Sequence record: LR746137
Length of the DNA stretch: 64,000 nucleotides
Source of the DNA: Escherichia phage vB_EcoM_UP17
Direction: 5' to 3' (one strand)
Part shown: piece by piece, positions 54,250-62,186 of the stretch
Layout of the letters: each line of letters starts with the position of its first letter
Numbering within the stretch: the first letter of the stretch is position 1
Translations under genes and position numbers: made by a program
The notes under the pieces: generated by a model
What the model was told of the DNA's origin: nothing
Database searches by the model: none
What the model saw: the letters and a program-made list of their open reading frames with translations, nothing else

Positions 54250-56274
54250 ATGAATTTAACAAGACCTAATAGTGCGATAGCCGATCTGGTAGAAGCTACT
54301 TATCGAAAACGTCGCAGCTTTGAGGCAGGTTTTACATTACGTAATTCCCGTGAAGTTTTGCTGTTAGCAGCAGAAGGGAATTATTACCAATGGAAAGGAA
54401 CTTTTCCTAAAGTAGTTCCAGCAAACTCTACGCCAGCCACCACAGGTGGTATTTCTTCCCTTGCATGGCAAAGTGTTGGGACCGCTGATGATATAGCAAT
54501 TATCAATGCCAAGTTTACGGCAATGCAGCAACAAATTGATGATCTGTCGGAAACAATACCTGAAGCTGGTAAATCGGCTTATCAGATCGCACTTGATAAT
54601 GGTTTTGTTGGAACAGAAGCACAATGGCTTGCCTCTTTGAAAGGGGATACTGGTGCTCAACTTAATATTAAAGGATCGTTAGCAAGCACTAGTGAACTAC
54701 CATCCACAGGTAACGTTGCAGGGGATGGTTATATCGTAGGTGATGTAATCTACGCTTGGGATGGTTCTGTTTGGAAACTTATTTCTTCTCTTGGGCCAGA
54801 AGGTAAATCAGCTTACGAGGTATGGTTGGCAGATGGTAATACAGGATCTGTTTATGATTTTCTTACCTCTATAAAAGGTGATAAAGGTGATGTTGGTCCT
54901 ACAGGGCCACAGGGAGCACCTGGTGTTAACGCCAACGGTTTTGATTATCGTGGGGATTTGCCTTCTACAAGTAACTTACCACAACCTAACTCTGAAAACG
55001 TAAGCCAAGCTTATTCTATCAATGGTAATCTTTATGTCTCTAACGGGACAGCTTGGGTCAACATGGGTAATATTGTTGGTCCTCAAGGTCCACAAGGTGA
55101 GGCAGGTAAAGACGGTCTTGATGGAACAGATGGAGATGAAGGGAAATCTGCATATCAAAGTTGGCTGGATGCTGGTAATGAAGGGACAGAAGTGGATTTT
55201 ATTGCCTCACTTAAAGGTCCAAAAGGAGACAAGGGTGATCAAGGAGAGCGAGGTCCACAAGGTGAACTAGGTCCACAAGGACCAGTGGGTGCAACAGGAT
55301 CAGGCTTAGAGATTATCGGGGTTCTGAACAGTGAAGCTGAACTTCCTCCTACTGGAGAAGTAGGTGATGCATATAAAATTAATAATGATTTGTATGTTTG
55401 GGTTCAAGATGCTACGGAATGGATGAATGTTGGCAGTCTTGGAGGAACATCAATTACAGCTAAAGGTCATGTTCCGAACAGTGAAGCTCTCCCTGTTTAT
55501 AATAACTATGGCGATGCCTACTTAACTGAAGACACCAGTAATCTTTACATCTATACCTACGATCAAGACACCAATTCCGCATCTTTTGTTGACATGGGAA
55601 GTATTAAAGGCGACAAAGGTGAAAAAGGGGATAAAGGGGATAAGGGTGATCCTGGAACAAATGGAACCAACGGTACTGATGGGACCAACGGTAAGGACGG
55701 CGCACAGTGGTTTGTAGCAACAACTAATCCAGTCGCAGGAGACGGTGTTATCAATGATTACGCCTTCAATACTACCACTGGAGCAGTGTTTAAGAAAACA
55801 GATTCTTCTACGTGGACACTTATAGGAACTCTTCCTAGTATACCAGAAGCCCCTCAAGACGGCTTGACGTATGGTCGTTCTGATGGAAACTGGATCGAAA
55901 TATCAGGATCAGATCCTACAGAAGCTATAACACCAACTAGAGTTACAGCAGGTTTCATGGAACTTGAAACAACTACTGCCAACTCTGGAGCATCTTGGAC
56001 TCCTTCTGGAACTTCCAATATGTATGTTGTTACAGTAACTGATGCTCTGACAGTTGGAGCATGGCCTGGTGTCACTGGCTCTACAAAACCTAAAGCGTTT
56101 TCAGCAATGATTTATTTGATTCAAGATACAACGGGACACACGGTTACACTAGATGCGTCTTATGGAGCACTAAATGATACAGAAATAGCAACTACTGCTA
56201 ACGCAGTAACAATTTTGCAATTAACGTATCCTGGTGTGGGTGATATCGTGGACATGGTTGTTGTAACACGATAA
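54250..56274 (+). CDS. collagen-like tail fibre protein (674 aa)
   Basis: Gly-X-Y tracts (GDKGDVGPTGPQGAPG, GPQGPQGEAGKDGLDGTDGDEG, GERGPQGELGPQGPVG); three tandem GKSAYxxWLxxGNxGT modules; N-terminal anchor motif YYQWKGTFPKVVPANSTPATTGG. Confidence 0.55.
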   Translation: MNLTRPNSAIADLVEATYRKRRSFEAGFTLRNSREVLLLAAEGNYYQWKGTFPKVVPANSTPATTGGISSLAWQSVGTADDIAIINAKFTAMQQQIDDLSETIPEAGKSAYQIALDNGFVGTEAQWLASLKGDTGAQLNIKGSLASTSELPSTGNVAGDGYIVGDVIYAWDGSVWKLISSLGPEGKSAYEVWLADGNTGSVYDFLTSIKGDKGDVGPTGPQGAPGVNANGFDYRGDLPSTSNLPQPNSENVSQAYSINGNLYVSNGTAWVNMGNIVGPQGPQGEAGKDGLDGTDGDEGKSAYQSWLDAGNEGTEVDFIASLKGPKGDKGDQGERGPQGELGPQGPVGATGSGLEIIGVLNSEAELPPTGEVGDAYKINNDLYVWVQDATEWMNVGSLGGTSITAKGHVPNSEALPVYNNYGDAYLTEDTSNLYIYTYDQDTNSASFVDMGSIKGDKGEKGDKGDKGDPGTNGTNGTDGTNGKDGAQWFVATTNPVAGDGVINDYAFNTTTGAVFKKTDSSTWTLIGTLPSIPEAPQDGLTYGRSDGNWIEISGSDPTEAITPTRVTAGFMELETTTANSGASWTPSGTSNMYVVTVTDALTVGAWPGVTGSTKPKAFSAMIYLIQDTTGHTVTLDASYGALNDTEIATTANAVTILQLTYPGVGDIVDMVVVTR

Positions 56275-56278
56275 CAGA

Positions 56279-56303
56279 AGCCCCGAAAGGGGCTTTCTTT
56301 TTA
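56279..56303 (+). terminator. rho-independent terminator
   Basis: AGCCCC-GAAA-GGGGCT followed by TTCTTTTTAT. Confidence 0.5.
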
Positions 56304-56315
56304 TGGAGGGTTTAA

Positions 56316-58991
56316 ATGTTTCCAATTCCAATATTTACTATTATGACCAGCACTGGTGTCGTTCCTCTGCCAGCAGGTATTGTTAAAAAAGTAATCACTT
56401 TAGATTACCCAGATAATGCTGGTAATTCTAACAGCAGTTTAGCAATTTTGCTTAATGATGGTAGATTGTTTACTCAAGGCGCAAACCTTTTTGGTGAGAT
56501 TGCAGATGGAACTCGTAGTGCACGATTCAATAATTTCCACTTAGCTTCTACTGTAGTAGCGGATGTGTTTACCGCAGATCGTTGTTTTGTTATTAAAACT
56601 AACAGTGGGGGATGGCAATATTCAGGATTGACAGCAGGATTGGTAGGATCTATAGCAGCAGGTGGTACGGACGCATGTGTAACTACTTGGACCAGCTTTC
56701 CATCTGTAATAACAGGGACTATCTCTTTAGCCAATCTTAAAGAGGTTAAGGGAGGATATAACAACACTCTCTGGTTAATGAATAGTGGTGTTCTTTACGG
56801 ATCTGGTCAAAACACAGTAGGCAGTTTAGGTGCAAGTACTACTAACGAAGTTTCTACTCCTCGTCAGATAACAAGTGCAGCAGTTGCTTTTGATGCAGGT
56901 TACAACCAATGCTCTTATGTCAACAATGTGGGAACCTTGCGTGTTTGTGGAGCTAGTAAAGGTTTAGCAGGTAATAATAACACAACAACAGCTTTTGTCA
57001 ATGCCAAGATATCCGCTACTGAAACAGTGTATGTCAAAGATTACATCAATACAGTTTCCCAGACAATAGTTGTAGGAGATACCTCCGGTGGCACGGGTGC
57101 AGTAAACTACTTATATGTTAGATCTAATACAGAAACAACCTACACTAAACTGGATACCTTTGCAGCAGGTTTCTCAACATGGAAATTTCCACCAAGCCGC
57201 CACTCTTTTTTCGTTGGGATCAATAATTCCTTGTGGGCTATTGGTAAGAACTACACTGCAAACTTAGGTTTGGGGTATGATTCTGCGAGCGGAGATCCAC
57301 TTCAAGTGGGAAAACCAGTTAAACCTGAAGGAGTGGGTTCCTGGGATATAAACAAGCTCACAAGCGTTCATACGCTGAATATGGATGTTACTAACCAATT
57401 AGGTTATCAAGGAACCTTTTTCGTTTATAATGGAGATATGTATTATTCCGGTATTTGGAAAGATGGAAAAGCCTCGTATCTGTTCAATAGTGGTCTAAAC
57501 TATAATAAATTCACACCAATAGCAAGCTCCGTGATTACGGGTGATATTCTGGCAACTGGCTTAACTACGGATTCTTTAGGAATTTGTATTGTAGGTGGAA
57601 CTAAACAGTTGACACATTCTGTTAGCCCAGAAGGAGGTAAACTTTTCAATATTAAATATACTTCTTCTGCCCCTGCAAACATGACAATATCGTCTACTGG
57701 TTTAATGACTTTCCATGCAGAAGGTGGTTTTGATGCAGGTATGACAGCCTTAAACGCTGAAGGAACAACTTTATCAGATACCTCTGGAGGATATGCTTCA
57801 ACATTGAGTGTTTACACCCCTAGCTTATCTGCGATGGATGTAGGAACAACACAAACAATGGTAGCAGAAATAACGCCAACAGGAGCAGCAAGCTTACCTG
57901 GCATGGTTGTTGAGTATTTCTCTAATGACCCTACGGTAGCAACAGTTGACCCCGTTACAGGCGTTATTACAGCGGTTGCTGATGGAGGTTGTCGTATCGG
58001 TTGTAGAGCAACTTATCAAGGTGTGGTAACTGCCGAAGATAGTTCTTATCTCACAGTGAATGCTGTGGTGATTGTGATGGATTATGATTTGACGCAAGAA
58101 ACTATTCCGGCGGATGTAAAGGTCAACAGGAGTAACCGTTATGCCAGGGCTTCTGGAGATATCCTTGTACCTACAGAGAGTTCTGCTCCCGTAGCACCTT
58201 TAGAATATGTTGGTACAACTCCACAAGGTAGACGTGTTGTAGCAGCCAACCGTACACATATCTTTATCAACAATAACTTGACAACAGCTTCCCCGTGGTT
58301 GAAGACGAACTTGACAGTCACAGCATCAACAATCAACTCTCCGGTTGGAACTACGGCTAACACTTACAAGTTAACACCTTCTACAACTTCAGGACAACAT
58401 ATTTTATCAGCAGTGAATACAGCTTCTGATATTACAGCAGGTAAGCACTGGGCGGCATCCGTATTCTTGAAGCCAGATGGGATCACTAAAGTGAAACTCA
58501 AATTGACTTCAGGAGATGAGATTAACGAAGGGACTTATGATCTTGTAGCTGGAACATTTACAGGTGCAGATGCAAACATAATCGATATGGGGAATGGTTG
58601 GTATCGTGTAATTCTACACAAAGTGACAGTTGCCAAACAAGCATCTATAACCTATGAGATTATAGCTTTGAATGCAAGTGGATCAGACACTTTCGCAGGA
58701 GATGGTACGGCAGGTCTTATTGCTTGGGTTCCACAGCTTGAGATGGGGGATATGACAAATCCAGTTTGGGCGGGGACACCATTTGTTTGTTCTTATGCAC
58801 GAGACACTACCAGTGCTGTTACCTTCACTATTCCTAAGAATGGACATACTGGCGTGGACATTTACCACACTGATGGTACTGTGCAACGAGAGGTCTTCAC
58901 TGGTACAGCTACAACTTGGATGTTGACGTTCACCGCCGCAAGTGCGGATTGGGGATCGAAGTTCATTACAGGTTTGAAATATTACGACTAA
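56316..58991 (+). CDS. tail fibre/adhesin with Ig-like (Big_2-type) domain (891 aa)
   Basis: TQTMVAEITPTGAASLPGMVVEYFSNDPTVATVDPVTGVITAVADGG resembles bacterial Ig-like domain group 2; last gene of the plus-strand structural block. Confidence 0.45.
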   Translation: MFPIPIFTIMTSTGVVPLPAGIVKKVITLDYPDNAGNSNSSLAILLNDGRLFTQGANLFGEIADGTRSARFNNFHLASTVVADVFTADRCFVIKTNSGGWQYSGLTAGLVGSIAAGGTDACVTTWTSFPSVITGTISLANLKEVKGGYNNTLWLMNSGVLYGSGQNTVGSLGASTTNEVSTPRQITSAAVAFDAGYNQCSYVNNVGTLRVCGASKGLAGNNNTTTAFVNAKISATETVYVKDYINTVSQTIVVGDTSGGTGAVNYLYVRSNTETTYTKLDTFAAGFSTWKFPPSRHSFFVGINNSLWAIGKNYTANLGLGYDSASGDPLQVGKPVKPEGVGSWDINKLTSVHTLNMDVTNQLGYQGTFFVYNGDMYYSGIWKDGKASYLFNSGLNYNKFTPIASSVITGDILATGLTTDSLGICIVGGTKQLTHSVSPEGGKLFNIKYTSSAPANMTISSTGLMTFHAEGGFDAGMTALNAEGTTLSDTSGGYASTLSVYTPSLSAMDVGTTQTMVAEITPTGAASLPGMVVEYFSNDPTVATVDPVTGVITAVADGGCRIGCRATYQGVVTAEDSSYLTVNAVVIVMDYDLTQETIPADVKVNRSNRYARASGDILVPTESSAPVAPLEYVGTTPQGRRVVAANRTHIFINNNLTTASPWLKTNLTVTASTINSPVGTTANTYKLTPSTTSGQHILSAVNTASDITAGKHWAASVFLKPDGITKVKLKLTSGDEINEGTYDLVAGTFTGADANIIDMGNGWYRVILHKVTVAKQASITYEIIALNASGSDTFAGDGTAGLIAWVPQLEMGDMTNPVWAGTPFVCSYARDTTSAVTFTIPKNGHTGVDIYHTDGTVQREVFTGTATTWMLTFTAASADWGSKFITGLKYYD

Positions 58992-58998
58992 TAAAAAA

Positions 58999-59026
58999 GG
59001 GAACCCGCAAAGGTTCCCTTTTCTTT
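58999..59026. terminator. bidirectional terminator between convergent fibre and ssb genes
   Basis: GGGAACC-CGCAAA-GGTTCCC hairpin flanked by AAAAAA and TTTTCTTTT. Confidence 0.55.
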
Positions 59027-59054
59027 TATAAAAACTCTTTATAAATCAATAAGA

Positions 59055-59942
59055 TTAGAATGGGATATCATCGTCGAAGTCCATTGGAGGTTCTTCTTGA
59101 TTGCTTGGAGTTGGTTCTGGTTGTGGTTCAGGTTTCTTCTCTTCTTTCTTCTCTTCTTTCTTAGGTTGTTCTGCGGAACCACGAATGGCAGCAGCAACTT
59201 TATCAGACAGAGCCAGAACTTTACGAGCAGAGTCAATCAGATCTTCTACAGATACAGTCTTAATGGTATGGTCTTTACAAGCATTGAGAATAGCGTGACC
59301 AACAGATGCCCCAAGATCATAATCATTAATATCAACGCCACGAGATTCAGCAATTTCAGATTTCAGCGTGACAGTTGCAGATTGAACAACCCCAGCGATA
59401 TCGAAAGCATCGCCTTTAACACCATTACGAATCAGTTCCAGTGCACCATTTACTGCGTGACCAGTTTCCAGACCTACAGTATCACGTTTTTTATAGGACT
59501 GCTTAGGAGCAGCATCGTTGGAACCTTTATTGCCAGAAGATTTGTTAGACTTCTGAACACCATCGGTAGACAATACTGTAATACGAGATTTTTTAGTATT
59601 GTAGTAAGTCTTACCGCCTTTATTATCAACGCGATCAATATCAATACTTACTTCTACACCTTTTTCAATAGTGATCCAATTATCACCTTCTTTGACTTGC
59701 AGGTTTTCATAACCTTCTTTCAGTTCAATGTCACCAAGAGAAATCCAAACACCTTTCTCATCTGGTTTAGCACCTTTCTCTTTCAGAACAAGAGAAGCTC
59801 GGTGAGTTGAAACAATCGTTTTCCCTTCCCAATGAAAAGTTTTAGGTTCAGCGAATTTATCCAGTTTAACGTAGTCTACGATACCAGTTGCATAAGTTAC
59901 GGTTTTGCCTTTACGATCAGTTTCAGTATTAATTACGGACAT
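59055..59942 (-). CDS. ssb: single-stranded DNA-binding protein
   Basis: C-terminus PPMDFDDDIPF is the canonical bacterial-type SSB acidic tip; Gly/Lys/Pro-rich linker precedes it. Confidence 0.75.
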   Translation of the reverse strand: MSVINTETDRKGKTVTYATGIVDYVKLDKFAEPKTFHWEGKTIVSTHRASLVLKEKGAKPDEKGVWISLGDIELKEGYENLQVKEGDNWITIEKGVEVSIDIDRVDNKGGKTYYNTKKSRITVLSTDGVQKSNKSSGNKGSNDAAPKQSYKKRDTVGLETGHAVNGALELIRNGVKGDAFDIAGVVQSATVTLKSEIAESRGVDINDYDLGASVGHAILNACKDHTIKTVSVEDLIDSARKVLALSDKVAAAIRGSAEQPKKEEKKEEKKPEPQPEPTPSNQEEPPMDFDDDIPF

Positions 59943-59958
59943 TATTATCTCCTCTACA

Positions 59959-60351
59959 TTACATTAATTTTGCACAGAAAGAGCGGAGTCTTTCCATATC
60001 ATCTTGCTCTAACAGGTATTTACCTTTACCTATTCCAACTCCAATTTCACCATTAGGAAAATGAACTATTTGCACTGGGAAACCTCCGAGTTTAATTGTG
60101 GCAGCTTTGCCTTCTTCGTCTATAACGTTTCGGATTGTATCTTGCAGTGAAATGAATTCTTTGTTTGTAACAGTGGTTTCAATTATTTCAGATGTTTCGA
60201 CACGAGCAGTTAGCTTCTTGTTTCCACCTTGAATAACCAAAATTTGAAAATAAAAAGAGTTGTCAAGACCTACAACATTTTTCTCAACTAGTGTCAAACT
60301 GGTATAGTTTCCATAAACAGTTTCAACAGCTATCTTAGAACGTTCAGTCAT
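59959..60351 (-). CDS. hypothetical protein (130 aa)
   Basis: ORF from track between ssb and the nucleotidyltransferase. Confidence 0.35.
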   Translation of the reverse strand: MTERSKIAVETVYGNYTSLTLVEKNVVGLDNSFYFQILVIQGGNKKLTARVETSEIIETTVTNKEFISLQDTIRNVIDEEGKAATIKLGGFPVQIVHFPNGEIGVGIGKGKYLLEQDDMERLRSFCAKLM

Positions 60352-60396
60352 TGAATGCTATCCTATCATAAAATGTTTAATATTGTCAAGCTTTAA

Positions 60397-60990
60397 TTAC
60401 CAAGGAATATCATCTTCTTCCAATCTGGTATCTACTTGAGGTGGACGTGGAACCTTAACCTCTTTCACAAAACGAAGATATGGGAAACGTGTAGCAATTT
60501 TAATAACATGTTTGGCATCTTCTCTAACATCTTTGTGCAAGAAGCAGATCCCTGTTTCCAAGGTTGTTTCAAAATCTTTAGAATAATAACAGTCCTTCCC
60601 ATCAAATGCAGCCTGGCAGATGGAAAGATCAAACTCATTTAGAAAGGTTGTCATTACATTTGGGTCCATGATCATAAGGTTGCAAAGCTGACCGTCACGT
60701 TCAAACTCAAAAACGTGTTTAAGACCAGTGCCACCTTCATAACTATCAGAAGCCTCTTTGTTTCCTAGTTTACGAATATTGGTTCCCATTAAAGCAGATG
60801 CAATTAATCCTTGTATTTGTTCTTCAGTCCGATGTGCAGGAAGGGATGTATAGAAATCCAGATCACGTCCAGCAATATCAAGAATACGCCAATCACGAAC
60901 AGCACCGCCAGCCAAGACAGAATTAGGATCAGCGATCTTTAATACGGTAAGAATTTCTTTGGCAATATTGATTTGTTTTGATTTAGTCAT
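60397..60990 (-). CDS. minimal nucleotidyltransferase with CCA-adding/poly(A) polymerase head-domain signature
   Basis: VLAGGAVRDWRILDIAGRDLDFY matches GGxVRD...D.D of class II CCA-adding enzymes; only 197 aa; C-terminus EEDDIPW. Confidence 0.5.
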   Translation of the reverse strand: MTKSKQINIAKEILTVLKIADPNSVLAGGAVRDWRILDIAGRDLDFYTSLPAHRTEEQIQGLIASALMGTNIRKLGNKEASDSYEGGTGLKHVFEFERDGQLCNLMIMDPNVMTTFLNEFDLSICQAAFDGKDCYYSKDFETTLETGICFLHKDVREDAKHVIKIATRFPYLRFVKEVKVPRPPQVDTRLEEDDIPW

Positions 60991-61201
60991 TGATACGCTC
61001 CACAGTTACTTTTACAACATCGTCCATATTAATCTCATCCCCCAAGACCTCAATAACACCTTCCTCATAAAGTCGAGCACATTCTTCCCACACTTCAGCT
61101 TCCGTCATTCCACCTGCAATCTTATTTGCAAGACCTTTAATAACATCTTCATTTTGTTCATCAACAAGAATTGAAACATTAAAGCTCACTAATTTACGCA
61201 T
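60983..61201 (-). CDS. hypothetical acidic protein (72 aa)
   Basis: ATG behind AAGGAGAAAACA. Confidence 0.35.
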   Translation of the reverse strand: MRKLVSFNVSILVDEQNEDVIKGLANKIAGGMTEAEVWEECARLYEEGVIEVLGDEINMDDVVKVTVERIND

Positions 61202-61211
61202 TGTTTTCTCC

Positions 61212-61379
61212 TTATACTTCTAAACGGAAAGTTTCTTTAGATACAAAATCGTATCCACCTTTTTCAAGCCAGTCATTATAAACCTCATCGGCTTGAGACT
61301 CTATCATAAAATACCGAGTGGTAATTTCGTCTCCGACAATACGCACAATTTTATAGCAAATCATGATACCATTTCCCAT
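61212..61379 (-). CDS. small ORF (55 aa), not in track
   Basis: ATG overlaps the upstream stop (TAATG) behind GGAGGA; hand translation MGNGIMICYKIVRIVGDEITTRYFMIESQADEVYNDWLEKGGYDFVSKETFRLEV. Confidence 0.3.
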   Translation of the reverse strand: MGNGIMICYKIVRIVGDEITTRYFMIESQADEVYNDWLEKGGYDFVSKETFRLEV

Positions 61380-61591
61380 TAATCTTCCTCCAGATCAATT
61401 TCATTATAACAATGTATGCAGAAACCATCATTGTGCATATGTTGTTCATAAGACATATCTTTACCACAAGACCAACAACGGATATCCCCATCGTCCCATT
61501 CACGTTCTTCTTCGCCTTCAAATTCATCTGGTAGGTAAGGCATACCAAAGTAGTCTAAATCGTAACTCATATCTTCTCCTACCGAGTCCAC
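61379..61591 (-). CDS. small zinc-ribbon protein (70 aa)
   Basis: CWSCGKD ... CIHCYNE four-Cys pattern. Confidence 0.4.
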   Translation of the reverse strand: MDSVGEDMSYDLDYFGMPYLPDEFEGEEEREWDDGDIRCWSCGKDMSYEQHMHNDGFCIHCYNEIDLEED

Positions 61592-62157
61592 TCCTTACGT
61601 TGTTCAATATGTTCGAGCATATCGTTATACAATGTTTTAAGATGTGGAACAACTCTTTGATCTTCTGTTTCAAAAAACTTTGTAAGCTGTTCTGCTTTAG
61701 CTTTCAACCAACAAAGATGTGCTTGGAGTTCCGTATCGAAACGACCGAGTGTTATGATACGTCCTCCGATTTTAATATGGGCCTTATACTTCTTACGATC
61801 CTTCTCATAATTACATCCTACCATTTGACCTGACTTTTTTCTGTAGGCTAAAAACTTATTAAGATTTCCAGAAATCATTAAGCAAGTATCAGGGGAGTAG
61901 ACTCCCCCTCCCATAAGATCCTTATCAAGTTCCGAGTTTTCCCAGTCGTCCCAAGTTTCCAACCAAGAGTAGAAGTTGGAAAACAGCTTCCACTCTTCAC
62001 AAACCGTCACTCCATGGTAAACGACATCTCTTGCCTGTTGGCAAGATGAATAACACCTTCCCAACATTGCCATCCATTTCATATAAGCAGGGTGCATAAC
62101 CCCTTCAGGAGATCTTGCAGTAATGCTCCCATCAAAAACACCGTGACCATAAACCAT
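61579..62157 (-). CDS. AP2-domain protein, homing-endonuclease-like
   Basis: N-terminal HPAYMKWMAMLGRCY and KYKAHIKIGGRIITLGRFDTELQAHLCW resemble the AP2 DNA-binding motif seen in phage HNH-AP2 endonuclease genes; sits next to the DNA polymerase gene. Confidence 0.4.
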   Translation of the reverse strand: MVYGHGVFDGSITARSPEGVMHPAYMKWMAMLGRCYSSCQQARDVVYHGVTVCEEWKLFSNFYSWLETWDDWENSELDKDLMGGGVYSPDTCLMISGNLNKFLAYRKKSGQMVGCNYEKDRKKYKAHIKIGGRIITLGRFDTELQAHLCWLKAKAEQLTKFFETEDQRVVPHLKTLYNDMLEHIEQRKEWTR

Positions 62158-62186
62158 AAAAACTCCTTAATAAGTAATAGGTTAGA

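Noticed and set aside
39315-58991. Diversity-generating retroelement or invertible segment acting on the fibre genes
   Set aside because: No reverse transcriptase, no invertase/recombinase gene and no template/variable repeat pair found in the window.
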